Below, piece after piece: positions 17,704-27,815 of a stretch of 64,000 nucleotides of DNA; position 1 is the stretch's first letter, and each line of letters begins with the position of its first letter. Origin of the DNA: an uncultured Candidatus Peribacteria bacterium (lineage in GTDB: Bacteria; Patescibacteriota; Gracilibacteria; UBA1369; UBA12470); NCBI GenBank assembly GCA_964344725.1, contig CAYFOI010000001.1, positions 61,762-125,761 of the forward strand, read 5' to 3'. The notes under the pieces were generated by a model. The model made no database searches, was not told the DNA's origin, and worked only from the letters and a program-made list of their open reading frames with translations. A program made the position numbers and the translations under genes.

Positions 17704-19043
17704 TAAACAATCTCCCCAGGTGAATACGTATCCAAGTTCTCTTCGCCAATCAATTTGATAACTTCTTCAACGGTTTGATCAAAAGGAACAGTTTTCTGCT
17801 GACCTTTCTCCATGTCGCGGATGATAATTACACCTTCACGGACCTCTGTTATTCCCATAATGAGAGTGTAAGGTACTTTGAACTTATCGGCCAAACGTAA
17901 CTGGGCTTTCATACTTGCTTTTCCAAGAGCACCAACAGTTTTCACACCTCGATCACGCAGTTTATTCATAAGAGGAAGACATTTCTTTTTAGCTTCGTCA
18001 CCGAGCTGAGCAACGAAAATATGAATATCATCTTTAGAAGGAACTATCACGTTTTCACGTTTCATATTCATAATAATTCTCTCAATCCCAGCAGCATAGC
18101 CAGACCCTGGAGTAGGTTGGCCACCCATAAGTTCAATTAGACCATCATATCTGCCACCACCACCAATAGCATTCTGAGCACCTTGAGTCTTATCCCAGAA
18201 TTCAAAAACAGTTCCAGTATAATAATCAAGGCCTCGAACTAGCTTCGAATTCTCGACATACTCTATTTCTAATTCATCAAGAAAACTTTTAAGCTTAGTA
18301 TGGAAATCCACACAATCATCACACCTGTACTGATCAAATTTAGGGGCTAATTCTGCAAGAATTTGGCAATCTTCTTCTTTGCAGTCAAGAAGCCTAAGCG
18401 GATTACTATGTAGCCTCTCTTGGCAATTGTCACAAAGTGATCTCTCTTTACCAACATAAAAATTTACAAGATCTTCCTTGTACTTCGTACGACATTTCGG
18501 ACAACCGATATTATTAAGCTGAATTGTAAAAAGATGAGCTACGCCAAGATCCTCGTTGATTCTGTTAGCAATATCAATTATTTGAGCATCCAAAGCAGGA
18601 TCACTCTCTCCAATTATTTCAAACCCAATCTGCCAAAACTGGCGATAACGACCTTTTTGAGGTTTGTCATAACGGAAGTGAGGCTCAATATAATAAAGCT
18701 GTACCGGCTGAGGCCACTCTTTCATCCCATGTTGAATATAGGAACGAACAACACCAGCAGTACTCTCTGGTTTTAGGGTTAAACTGCGTTCGCCTTTGTC
18801 TTCAAATGTATACATCTCTTTACTAACAATATCTGTCGAATCACCAACACCACGTGCAAAAACCTCAGTGTTCTCAAAAATTGGAGTCGTAATACGTTTA
18901 AAACCAGCTTGCCTCGCACGATGACGAACAACCTTCTTGATAAAAGTAAAATACTCATGATCGTCAGGTAATAAATCATGAGCTCCGACAGGTGTTTGTA
19001 ACTTTTGTTTTTTTGTCTTCTCTTCGCCAGTATCTTCAGACAT
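17700..19043 (-). CDS. hisS: histidine--tRNA ligase
   Basis: Class II motifs including GGGGRYDGL and YAAGIERI. It has a Cys-rich insertion (CPKC...CDNC...CKEEDC...CDDC). Confidence 0.9.
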   Translation of the reverse strand: MSEDTGEEKTKKQKLQTPVGAHDLLPDDHEYFTFIKKVVRHRARQAGFKRITTPIFENTEVFARGVGDSTDIVSKEMYTFEDKGERSLTLKPESTAGVVRSYIQHGMKEWPQPVQLYYIEPHFRYDKPQKGRYRQFWQIGFEIIGESDPALDAQIIDIANRINEDLGVAHLFTIQLNNIGCPKCRTKYKEDLVNFYVGKERSLCDNCQERLHSNPLRLLDCKEEDCQILAELAPKFDQYRCDDCVDFHTKLKSFLDELEIEYVENSKLVRGLDYYTGTVFEFWDKTQGAQNAIGGGGRYDGLIELMGGQPTPGSGYAAGIERIIMNMKRENVIVPSKDDIHIFVAQLGDEAKKKCLPLMNKLRDRGVKTVGALGKASMKAQLRLADKFKVPYTLIMGITEVREGVIIIRDMEKGQQKTVPFDQTVEEVIKLIGEENLDTYSPGEIVY

Positions 19044-19129
19044 ATGTTTTCAGGTTTACGAAAATAAAGTGCAAAGTTAATTGTACCAGATCAAGGCTTT
19101 AAGTAAACCTGTTTTTGGCTTAGGAGAAA

Positions 19130-19651
19130 TCAGTCTAGCCAAAACTTTGACGGAAAAAGATAATTACGCATACCAATCTCCATAACGCCATTATATTTGT
19201 AAGATTTGCTTGGGGACAAAATCGTATCGATAAAAAGACACTCGTGACCGGGAAGATCACCATAAAGAACATCATTATACAGTTCACATGAATATTCATC
19301 GTAATATATGCTACTTACTTCATCTGCCCATTCACCACTTCCGTCAGATTCATCATAGCAATTGATTTGAAAGATGCCATGATCGTCATCATAAGTATAG
19401 TTCGTACAAACATCATCCCAATGTAGAGAATAAATGTATCCAGTATCATGACAATATACGCTACCGTTGTCAGCAACATCATAATCAGAACAATACTCAT
19501 CCCAAGGTGGATCATAAGTGCCATCGCGGAGAATCAACATGCCAACAGGAGGATACCACCCATAAGCTCCATAACAGATAGACATTGACCCGAATACAGA
19601 AGTCATAATAATCAATGCTGAAAGAAGCCACTTAAGTTTATGGTTTCTCAT
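19130..19651 (-). CDS. hypothetical secreted Cys/Tyr/Asp-rich protein
   Basis: N-terminal signal peptide (WLLSALIIMTSVFGS); about 10 Cys; no recognised domain. Confidence 0.5.
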   Translation of the reverse strand: MRNHKLKWLLSALIIMTSVFGSMSICYGAYGWYPPVGMLILRDGTYDPPWDEYCSDYDVADNGSVYCHDTGYIYSLHWDDVCTNYTYDDDHGIFQINCYDESDGSGEWADEVSSIYYDEYSCELYNDVLYGDLPGHECLFIDTILSPSKSYKYNGVMEIGMRNYLFPSKFWLD

Positions 19652-19678
19652 TTGGAAAAAATTATAGAGTAGACATGT

Positions 19679-20650
19679 CTACAATAGCGTGGCTTTGTTT
19701 GTAGCTTCAACATTCTGCCACTTTCGATACTGATTTGAGCCAGAAATATAGCGAAAATACCCAGCAACAGCGATCATTGACGCATTATCTGTGCAGTAAG
19801 CGATTTTTTTAGGAAATCTCAGTGGCAAACTTATCCTCTCAGCTACCATCTCACGCAATCTAGTATTCGCACTAACACCTCCAGCAAGATGAACCTCTTT
19901 CGCACCGAACTTCTCAGCTGCACGACGTAATTTCTCAGACAAAACATCACAAACAGCTTCCTGAAAGCTCGCCGCGACATTATTGGTGTCCTCAAGCGGC
20001 AACCTAGAGGCAGCAGTTTTCAATCCAGAAAAACTGAAATCGAAGCTGTCTGGGGAGAGCCAAGCCCGTGGTAAATCATATTTATTTGGATTACCATCTT
20101 CTGCAGCTTTTGAAATATAAGGTCCGCCAGGATATCCCAGGCCAAGCAGCCTAGCAACTTTATCAAAAGCCTCGCCGGCAGCGTCATCAAGGGTTTCGCC
20201 AATAACTTCAAAATCGCCATGCCCTCGCATCAAAACAAGCTCATTGTGTCCGCCCGAAACTGTCAAAACAACAATAGGGAACTGAATCTCAGAAGCATCA
20301 CGTTCAAGCCAATTCGCATAAATATGTCCTTCAATATGATTCACAGGTATCAACGGTTTCTCAAGAACAAGAGCCATAGTCGAAGCGGTCACGGTCCCAG
20401 TTAATAGCGAGCTAATAAGCCCGGGCCCTTGTGTAACAGCAATAGCATCTATTTCATCAAGATTAATCTCATCGAGAGCAGGAATAATCTTCAAAATATG
20501 TTCACGCGCAGCAACCTCCGGCACAACTCCGCCGGTCTTCGCATGCATATCAATTTGCGAATAAATAATATTCTTAAGAACTTTTGTCCCGTTCTCGACT
20601 ACAGCAACTGCAGTTTCATCACAAGAAGTTTCAATCCCAAGAATTTTCAT
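19679..20650 (-). CDS. tsaD: tRNA N6-adenosine threonylcarbamoyltransferase
   Basis: ILGIETSCDETAVAVV, HIEGHIYA, SGGHNEL, GPGLISSLL. Confidence 0.9.
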   Translation of the reverse strand: MKILGIETSCDETAVAVVENGTKVLKNIIYSQIDMHAKTGGVVPEVAAREHILKIIPALDEINLDEIDAIAVTQGPGLISSLLTGTVTASTMALVLEKPLIPVNHIEGHIYANWLERDASEIQFPIVVLTVSGGHNELVLMRGHGDFEVIGETLDDAAGEAFDKVARLLGLGYPGGPYISKAAEDGNPNKYDLPRAWLSPDSFDFSFSGLKTAASRLPLEDTNNVAASFQEAVCDVLSEKLRRAAEKFGAKEVHLAGGVSANTRLREMVAERISLPLRFPKKIAYCTDNASMIAVAGYFRYISGSNQYRKWQNVEATNKATLL

Positions 20651-20752
20651 ATTTAGAAGTAATTTGCTTTATCTAGCCCATCCATTAAAATCTAAAAAAG
20701 CAAAAACTACAACCCACTTGGTACCACCTCACTTGGGTCTATCTCACTAATC

Positions 20753-22069
20753 ATGGAGAAAACATCCATAAAAATAGTAAAAATCCTTCGGAAAGCTGGC
20801 TACGATGCTTTTTGGGCCGGGGGCTGTGTTCGTGACACGCTGATGCTACGCAAACCAAAGGACTACGACATAGTAACAAGCGCCAAACCGGATGTTATTG
20901 AGGATCTTCTTGAGCATACAATACCGATCGGGAAAGAATTTGGAGTGATTCTCGCAGTAGTAAAAGGCCATCATTTCGAGATAGCAACATTTAGGTCAGA
21001 CAGTGGATACTCAGATGGACGTAGGCCAGACGCTGTAGAGTTCACACATCCAGAAGAAGATGCGAAGCGGAGAGACTTTACGATCAATGGACTTTTTTAC
21101 GATCCGATAAAAAAACAAATCCACGATTTTGTAGACGGGAAACGCGATATAAAAGATAAACTCATTAGGTTCATCGGCGATCCACACGAACGTATCCTCG
21201 AAGATCACCTCAGAATAGTTCGTGCAATAAGGTTCAAAACGACACTCGACTTCCAATATCATCCGGATACATACAAGGCGATAAAAAAACACGCATCGCT
21301 TTCAGCAAAAGTATCAGCGGAACGTCTTCGTGACGAACTCGACAAGATGATGTTAGATGACAATCCAGTCGAAGGATGGGAAGACATGGAAGATACTGGC
21401 GTACTTGAACATGTCATGCCTGAATTACTTGAACTAAAAGGCATAGCGCAGCCACTAGAATTTCATCATGAAGGAGATGTATGGGACCATACAATGCAAG
21501 CTCTCGGTTCCTTGCCGACAACCGCAACTCTCGAAGAAAAATGGGCGGTCCTTCTCCACGACATAGCCAAGCCACAAACTTTCGAACAAAAGGAACGTAT
21601 CCGTTACGACGGTCATCCGGAAAAGTCTGCAGAAATGGCAAATGTTATTTTGCGCCGCCTCAAATTCCCAAAATATTTTATCAAACGCGTGTGTTTCGGA
21701 ATCAAACACCACTTCGACATGAAGCAACTAATCGAAATGCCCGAAGGCACCCGCATAAAATGGTTTAAGAAACCCGCCTTCCCGGTACTTATGACAGTTT
21801 TCAAAGCCGATATAGCGGGCACAACACCAAGTGACTATTCCATGTACGAGAAACTTGAGAAACTTTACAAAAAAGCCAAGAAGAAAATCGCAAAAGAACC
21901 AAAAAAACTTATTACGGGAGAAGACGTCATAAAGATTCTAGAGATAAAGCCAGGACCAAAACTCGGACAAATACTCGAAGAACTTTACGAGAAACAACTT
22001 GCTGGAGAAATCAAAAATAAACGCGCAGCTTTAAAATGGGTAAATTCACTGAAAAAGTCTACGAAGTAG
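20753..22069 (+). CDS. cca: CCA-adding tRNA nucleotidyltransferase with HD domain
   Basis: GGCVRDTLM...DYDIVT, RRDFTINGLFYD, and downstream HD (LLHDIAKP). Confidence 0.85.
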   Translation: MEKTSIKIVKILRKAGYDAFWAGGCVRDTLMLRKPKDYDIVTSAKPDVIEDLLEHTIPIGKEFGVILAVVKGHHFEIATFRSDSGYSDGRRPDAVEFTHPEEDAKRRDFTINGLFYDPIKKQIHDFVDGKRDIKDKLIRFIGDPHERILEDHLRIVRAIRFKTTLDFQYHPDTYKAIKKHASLSAKVSAERLRDELDKMMLDDNPVEGWEDMEDTGVLEHVMPELLELKGIAQPLEFHHEGDVWDHTMQALGSLPTTATLEEKWAVLLHDIAKPQTFEQKERIRYDGHPEKSAEMANVILRRLKFPKYFIKRVCFGIKHHFDMKQLIEMPEGTRIKWFKKPAFPVLMTVFKADIAGTTPSDYSMYEKLEKLYKKAKKKIAKEPKKLITGEDVIKILEIKPGPKLGQILEELYEKQLAGEIKNKRAALKWVNSLKKSTK

Positions 22070-22290
22070 TTCGCCGTATTCCTCGCGGCAAAACTATGAC
22101 TTATGGCGAAGTCGCACGCCTAGCTGGAAACCCAAAGGCCGCCAGAGCCGTCGGCAATATTTTGCATAACAACCCAGATCCAAAGAAGATCCCATGCCAT
22201 AGAGTAGTTAACGCAAAAGGAAAAGTAGCCAAAAACTACGCATTTGGCGGAGGAATGGCTCAGAGAAAGAAGCTACAAGAGGAAAGCTAG
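22036..22290 (+). CDS. MGMT-family DNA-binding domain protein (stand-alone Ogt C-terminal domain, PCHR motif present)
   Basis: TYGEVARLAGNPKAARAVGNIL...IPCHRVVNAKG. 84 aa. Overlaps the cca 3' end by 34 nt. Confidence 0.75.
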   Translation: MGKFTEKVYEVVRRIPRGKTMTYGEVARLAGNPKAARAVGNILHNNPDPKKIPCHRVVNAKGKVAKNYAFGGGMAQRKKLQEES

Positions 22291-22296
22291 CTGACT

Positions 22297-22929
22297 ATGC
22301 CATTTTGTGGTAAAATTATAAGATTAATTTGTCACAAAATGACTAACGAAGGCTCACCAGACAGAGCAGAAAAAATAGAAACACTCAAGGCAGAACTAGA
22401 GGTAATATACGACACGGGATACTCAGCATTTGGACATGGTACAATTGAAGGACACGCTCAAAAAACATTTGAATCTGGCTTAAAAAGTCAGGACAAAAGA
22501 ATACAAAGTACGATGATACCAATATTAGATTATGATAGAAGTTTTGAAGAACAATGGGATGATCTGTTAGAACGGTTAGAACATTGGCCTCATTACAATC
22601 TAAGCTTCATAGTCATCGTAATGATTCCGGCACCAGCACCCGGTGATGTAGGAGGTATCGGTCACTATGAACAGGTTTGGGAAGACAATCCAGATCCAGA
22701 CAAAGATGATAAGTTTTATAGAAAGCCATGGAGGGTCCCAGGCAGATATGTCATAGGATATGTAGACATTAATAAATTAGAGTTCGTTCGTAATCAAGAA
22801 TTTAATCCCCAGGCATTACCATCACTAGGTAGATTGGATGAAATGGAGACATGGGAACCAGACGAAATGGATCTTACAGCTCTGTTAGATCCTAATCCAG
22901 ATTTGGATCTAGATGATGATGTCTGGTGA
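22297..22929 (+). CDS. hypothetical protein (acidic C-terminus)
   Basis: 210-aa ORF with no recognised domain. An alternative start at 22339 (MTNEGS...) is possible. Confidence 0.5.
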   Translation: MPFCGKIIRLICHKMTNEGSPDRAEKIETLKAELEVIYDTGYSAFGHGTIEGHAQKTFESGLKSQDKRIQSTMIPILDYDRSFEEQWDDLLERLEHWPHYNLSFIVIVMIPAPAPGDVGGIGHYEQVWEDNPDPDKDDKFYRKPWRVPGRYVIGYVDINKLEFVRNQEFNPQALPSLGRLDEMETWEPDEMDLTALLDPNPDLDLDDDVW

Positions 22930-22986
22930 CGAGACGAATAAACGGTTCAAAAACCCAAGTTAATTCGTGAAGTAGCTTCAAAATTA

Positions 22987-23092
22987 TCGAGAGAGCATCA
23001 GCAATGTCCCTAGTTCTTCTCCAAGATTTTTTTGAATGTTAAGAGCGAACTTGGAAACGTCCGAAGGACTTTCCCGCGAGCGAAAAACATTA
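22987..23092 (+). repeat. mosaic intergenic element, short version (modules M1, M3, M4; GGAAACGTCC-GAA-GGACTTTCC hairpin at 23053-23074)
   Basis: Both flanks align by eye to 55907-55944 and 56028-56053. The 5' part aligns to 49169-49200 and 1760-1793. Confidence 0.65.
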
Positions 23093-23105
23093 CAAAAAAA
23101 TCCCT

Positions 23106-24323
23106 TTAAACTAATTTCTTCTTCCTAAGCTCAACAACAATTTTTTCCATATAAATCACAAGTCCACCTAGAGCGATGAACATAACGATCCAATTAACAA
23201 ACAGACCGATATAAGGGACCGCAGACAATATCAAGAGAAGTCCTAGCCCGAGAGCCATTCGTCCAAAATCAGGCCAGAATTTACTAGTTTTAGTCTTCGG
23301 TTTCAAAATCATACTGCCGATCAAATAACCAGCATATATCTTCGCCAAAACCCAATAAATAGCCACAATTAGTAGTAAGATCAAAGCCATCTTAAATCCA
23401 ACAAGCGTAAACATAAGCATGACAGATACAATGGGCAGTCCAATGATGAATATCAGCCCATAAAAAAGACTCTTCCAGTATTTTTGATAAACAATCTCAC
23501 AAGTATTTCGCATAGAGTAAGGAACGAGAAGAGCCAGCACCAAACCAATTACTAACAAGCTCAAAAGTGACCAGATCTTCATAAATATAAATCCAACACT
23601 AGTAACCTTAGCAGCCTCTTGTTTAAGCTCATCAGCTTGAGCAGTTAACTCTTCTTTGGCTTGAGAAAAATCCAAAGCACTTATTTGCTCAAAAGCTACC
23701 CTGCCACCAACAACATCATCATTAACCATTAACTCACTCGAAGATCTATAACTCAAATTCCCCTCAATCCATGCTTTGTCAGATATATGGATCCCAGATT
23801 CAGAAGTGAAATTAGCATTGCCCAAAACAGTCCCACCAAAAACAAGAGTAGAAGCAATGAAAGTAAGGTCGTTCGCATAAGTACCGTTCAAATTAGCATT
23901 GCCGGAAGTCCCATAGACATCACCACCAACACTACTATCTGGAGACATAGACACAGTGCCTCCAAGAATCATAACATCATCACCAACAGCACCATTGATA
24001 TTAACCCACCCTCCAGCACAACGAACATCATCTCCGACATCTCCAGAGAGCACAACTTGCCCACCAGTTATAAGAATGTCACCGGCAACATCTCCAGAAA
24101 TCTCAACATTTCCACCAACCACTATAAGATCACCATTAACATCTTCCTTAACGACAACATTGCCGCCAAATACATACAAATCGTCATCATAAGCCTCCTC
24201 AAGAATTGATGTCTCGGCATACTCAAAACTAGCAGCCTTTGCAACTAAGCTAAGTCCAACAACGCTTAGGCAGATAGCCACAAGCGCAATAATAGCTATA
24301 GTCTTTTTCATTTTTTGTTTCAT
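23106..24323 (-). CDS. membrane protein with N-terminal extracytoplasmic G-D-V repeat (bactofilin/beta-helix-like) region and C-terminal multi-TM domain
   Basis: Signal/TM, then repeated GGNVxxxGDVxGD units and 5-6 hydrophobic segments. The family assignment is tentative. Confidence 0.45.
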   Translation of the reverse strand: MKQKMKKTIAIIALVAICLSVVGLSLVAKAASFEYAETSILEEAYDDDLYVFGGNVVVKEDVNGDLIVVGGNVEISGDVAGDILITGGQVVLSGDVGDDVRCAGGWVNINGAVGDDVMILGGTVSMSPDSSVGGDVYGTSGNANLNGTYANDLTFIASTLVFGGTVLGNANFTSESGIHISDKAWIEGNLSYRSSSELMVNDDVVGGRVAFEQISALDFSQAKEELTAQADELKQEAAKVTSVGFIFMKIWSLLSLLVIGLVLALLVPYSMRNTCEIVYQKYWKSLFYGLIFIIGLPIVSVMLMFTLVGFKMALILLLIVAIYWVLAKIYAGYLIGSMILKPKTKTSKFWPDFGRMALGLGLLLILSAVPYIGLFVNWIVMFIALGGLVIYMEKIVVELRKKKLV

Positions 24324-24418
24324 TTTGTTTGTTTTATGGAAATTCTCTTCAAATTCTAACCTAGAAGTAAAAAAAGTTCAAAATTTCAACAAAAAGGCCG
24401 ATGCCGCGACACACACAT

Positions 24419-24463
24419 CCCACTACATACTACGGATTACGTACTACGTACTAACAACGCTAC
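24419..24463. repeat. CTAC / GGATTACG word array overlapping the rlmD-like 3' end
   Basis: CCCACTACATACTACGGATTACGTACTACGTACTAACAACGCTAC. The stop (TAA, rc of 24437-39) and the last ~8 codons (..ALLVRST) lie inside the array. Confidence 0.85.
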
Positions 24464-25816
24464 ATCCTCAATATGATAAGTATGCGGGAACATATCCACA
24501 GGCTGAACATACTCTAATTTATACCCACGATCCTCAAAAAACTTAACATCCCTCGATAAATTCACAGGGTCACAAGACACATAAACAATTCGTCCAGGCT
24601 CAAACCCGCAGACCTTGTCTGTAACCTTTTCGCCAAGCCCACACCTTGGTGGATCAACTATCACGACATCAGGCACTCCTGGAATGTCATACAGTCGAGC
24701 ATCAACATCGCCAGCCTTGAACCACGCGTTCTCGATCCCATTCAGCATCATGTTCTGCTTGGCATTCTTAGTTGCAGACTCATTCAGCTCAATTCCATAA
24801 ACCATCTTGGCCTGATTTGCACAAAACAGCCCAATAGTTCCAGTCCCACAATACAAGTCAAAGACATTTTCTTCTCCTGTCAGCTGTGCTGCCTTAAGAA
24901 CTTCCGCATATAGAACTTCAGCTTGCCTAGTATTCGGCTGAAAGAAAGCTTGCGGTGAAATTTTAAACTTCAAACTGGACCCATCAGGACGTCTAAGCTC
25001 TTCTTGAATGGTTGGCTTCCCATACAAAAGATGTTCGACATGTTGAGTAGGCATGCCACGCTTCCTCTTGATAATTGTCCAATAAATAGACGCACAAATA
25101 TCTTGCAAGAGCTCAACAAACTCCTTCTGCGGTTCAAAATCAGGCTTGCAAGTCACAAGATTCACCATGATTTCGCCTGTACTTTTGCTTTCACGAATAA
25201 AAAGAGAAGAAAGTAGTCCCTCGTCAGTTCGATAATTATAAAAAGTAAGCCTATGATCAGCAACGAACTTGCGAACTCGCGCAAGAATCTCCGAAGCCTT
25301 CTCAGAACCGAGAAAGCACTCCTCAACATCAAATACATCGACTCTTCGCCCAGCAGGATGCAATCCCACCCTCACAACAGGATCCTCTTTCGACTCATTT
25401 CCAAAAGAAAACTCCATCTTATTGCGATAAAACCAAAAATTTTCACAGCCAATAATAGGCCTAACGATTTCCGAAACATTAGTAACCCCTCCAGTATGAG
25501 TAAGGGCTTCACGAACCTGTTCCTCTTTATATTTAAGTTGTTCTTCATAGGGTAGCATCTGCCACTTACAACCACCACAACGATCAAAATGCTTGCATCT
25601 CGGATTAACTCGAGCCTTAGACGGCTCAACAACTTTCACAAGACTAGCCTCAGCGTAATTTTTCTTGATCTTGCTCAGGCTAACCTCAGCTTTGTCTCCA
25701 GGCACGACCCCTTCGACAAAAACTTTGCGTCCATCTTCAAGCGCACCAATACCTCTACCTCCAAAGGCAAGTTTTTTAATTTCGGCAGTTATAATTTGAC
25801 CTTTTTGAAGTTGCAT
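24437..25816 (-). CDS. rlmD: 23S rRNA (uracil-C5)-methyltransferase, RlmD/RumA family
   Basis: N-terminal TRAM-like domain, Fe-S Cys cluster CKHFDRCGGCKWQ, SAM motif DLYCGTGTIG, catalytic YVSCDP. Confidence 0.8.
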   Translation of the reverse strand: MQLQKGQIITAEIKKLAFGGRGIGALEDGRKVFVEGVVPGDKAEVSLSKIKKNYAEASLVKVVEPSKARVNPRCKHFDRCGGCKWQMLPYEEQLKYKEEQVREALTHTGGVTNVSEIVRPIIGCENFWFYRNKMEFSFGNESKEDPVVRVGLHPAGRRVDVFDVEECFLGSEKASEILARVRKFVADHRLTFYNYRTDEGLLSSLFIRESKSTGEIMVNLVTCKPDFEPQKEFVELLQDICASIYWTIIKRKRGMPTQHVEHLLYGKPTIQEELRRPDGSSLKFKISPQAFFQPNTRQAEVLYAEVLKAAQLTGEENVFDLYCGTGTIGLFCANQAKMVYGIELNESATKNAKQNMMLNGIENAWFKAGDVDARLYDIPGVPDVVIVDPPRCGLGEKVTDKVCGFEPGRIVYVSCDPVNLSRDVKFFEDRGYKLEYVQPVDMFPHTYHIEDVALLVRST

Positions 25817-25856
25817 ATGTAAGATCTCAAAGTAAGCACGCGCATATTAAGAATAA

Positions 25857-26279
25857 ATGCTCAAAATAACAATCCTAAAAATCGGCAAACTCAAAAAAGA
25901 GTACGTAGAAGCAGAAAAAGAATTTCTAAAACGTCTCCAAGCCTTCGCCGACGTAACAGTAGAAACAAAAAAAGACGACGAATCTATAGCAAAATCACTA
26001 GATCCACAAACACACATAATCTCACTTGATCGTGAAGGCAAGCAATATTCATCCGAAGATTTTGCAGAAATAATCCGCGATCAAAGAGATTTCGGCAAAG
26101 GAGCGATCACTTTTTTAATCGGAGGTCCCCACGGGTTCCCTGAAGAAATAACAAGAAAAGCACACCTGCGCCTATCTTTCTCAAAGCTGACTTTTACGCA
26201 CCAGCTCGCATACATACTGCTTCTCGAACAACTCTATCGTACACACACCATTCTAAGCGGCAAAAAATACCACTACTAG
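25857..26279 (+). CDS. rlmH: 23S rRNA (pseudouridine1915-N3)-methyltransferase
   Basis: SPOUT fold motifs FLIGGPHGF, LSFSKLTFTHQL, EQLYR. Confidence 0.85.
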   Translation: MLKITILKIGKLKKEYVEAEKEFLKRLQAFADVTVETKKDDESIAKSLDPQTHIISLDREGKQYSSEDFAEIIRDQRDFGKGAITFLIGGPHGFPEEITRKAHLRLSFSKLTFTHQLAYILLLEQLYRTHTILSGKKYHY

Positions 26280-26313
26280 CTACTGACTACTGACTAAATC
26301 CTACTGACTGATA
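26268..26313. repeat. CTACTGA 7-nt word array spanning the rlmH stop to the next start
   Basis: TACCACTACTAG CTACTGA CTACTGA CTAAATC CTACTGA CTGATAA. A TGA or TAA occurs in each 7-nt unit. Confidence 0.9.
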
Positions 26314-26316
26314 AAA

Positions 26317-27405
26317 ATGCTCACCAAAATAATAACAACAATCCTCCTAATAATAAGCCAAGTCACTGGATACATGCTCCAGGATAATATTTTTATGACG
26401 TATAGATCTTACTCAGCAGGCAAACACGTCTACACAAGAACGATAGAGCCTAGAGAGATGGAAAGAGCTCCTGCCGAGATGTTGTTTTTTGGCGATGTTA
26501 TGCTAGGACGTTATATCGAAACGCTTCGTAGTAGATATGCAGAAGAAGAGCCAACATTCCCCTTAACAAACCTCCCAGAAATTATAGGCACATATTCAGA
26601 TGACCCCGACATTGTCGCAGTGAATCTCGAAGGACCAATCACAGATTTTCAAATATCTTATTGTGACCTTTGTTTTCGCTTCCTTCCCGAAACAGCAGAC
26701 CTCTTAGCTCAGCAAGGCGTGTCTTTTGTAAATCTGGCCAATAACCACATGTTTAACCAGGGCGAAACAGGCTACGACCAAACCAAAGAATATATCATAG
26801 CAGCTGGGATTAATTACGTAGGCCACGCTCACGAAGTGAATGAATTTTCATCATATATCCAAGAGATAAACGGCTACGAAATAGGATGGCTCGGATTTGA
26901 TGATGTAGAGGTTGCACTAGACTACGAAGCGGCGGTTGCGCTCACGCAGGAGATAGCAGCGCAAACAGATTTTACGATAGTTGCAATTCATTGGGGGACA
27001 GAATATGTAAATACACCATCAAGTTCTATTCAGCAGCATGCACATGATTTCATTGATGCAGGTGCAGATATGATTTGGGGAACTCATCCTCATGTAATTC
27101 AATCAATAGAAAACTACAGCGATGGAATGATTTTCTACTCACTTGGGAATTTTGTTTTTGATCAATATTGGTCAGCAGGGACGCAAGAAGGACTCGGAGT
27201 TTATCTAACATTCCAAGATCCAGGCGATCCGACTTACGAACTTATACCAATCAAACTAGCAGAGTCTTACAGAGGCGACCCATACCTTATGAATGAAGAA
27301 GAAAAAGCGGATATGCTCTCAAGATTAAAAACATACTCAGAAGCTATCGGCGTAGTGGCAGATGAAAATATGAACTTTGCAGAAAGTATTTTGAAGCCTT
27401 GGTAA
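26317..27405 (+). CDS. CapA/PgsA-family metallophosphoesterase (poly-gamma-glutamate capsule synthesis-like)
   Basis: FFGDVMLGR, NLEGPIT, NLANNH, HWGTEY, GTHPHV, SLGNFVFDQ. Confidence 0.75.
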   Translation: MLTKIITTILLIISQVTGYMLQDNIFMTYRSYSAGKHVYTRTIEPREMERAPAEMLFFGDVMLGRYIETLRSRYAEEEPTFPLTNLPEIIGTYSDDPDIVAVNLEGPITDFQISYCDLCFRFLPETADLLAQQGVSFVNLANNHMFNQGETGYDQTKEYIIAAGINYVGHAHEVNEFSSYIQEINGYEIGWLGFDDVEVALDYEAAVALTQEIAAQTDFTIVAIHWGTEYVNTPSSSIQQHAHDFIDAGADMIWGTHPHVIQSIENYSDGMIFYSLGNFVFDQYWSAGTQEGLGVYLTFQDPGDPTYELIPIKLAESYRGDPYLMNEEEKADMLSRLKTYSEAIGVVADENMNFAESILKPW

Positions 27406-27465
27406 AGATAGTTATTGAATTATTTTATGTTACAATAATGCCAACATCATATAAATAAAAAAACA

Positions 27466-27804
27466 ATGAACGAAACAAAAGTTATGAAACACTCTGGGGT
27501 TGGAATCGCAGCGTTTGTGATCTCGATAGTAGTCGGAGTGTTAGAGTTCTTCCTGACCCTACTTGCTGGGTATATGGAAATGTCTACGCCAGGCGGTATT
27601 AGCGAAACAGACCCAATGGCAGCGGTATTAGGACTATTGCTGCTGGGAGGTCTTTTGCTGGCTTTTGTAGGTGTCGGTCTTGGTATTGGAACCCTTTTTC
27701 AAAAGGACAAAAAGAAAATATTTGGTATTTTGGGATTGATATTTAGCTCAGTGATCCTGTTAGGGATGGGAGGACTGATGTTATTAGGTTCAGCAGCAGC
27801 TTAA
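27466..27804 (+). CDS. small hypothetical membrane protein (3-4 TM)
   Basis: 112 aa, almost entirely hydrophobic segments. Confidence 0.5.
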   Translation: MNETKVMKHSGVGIAAFVISIVVGVLEFFLTLLAGYMEMSTPGGISETDPMAAVLGLLLLGGLLLAFVGVGLGIGTLFQKDKKKIFGILGLIFSSVILLGMGGLMLLGSAAA

Positions 27805-27815
27805 TCAAAACCACA

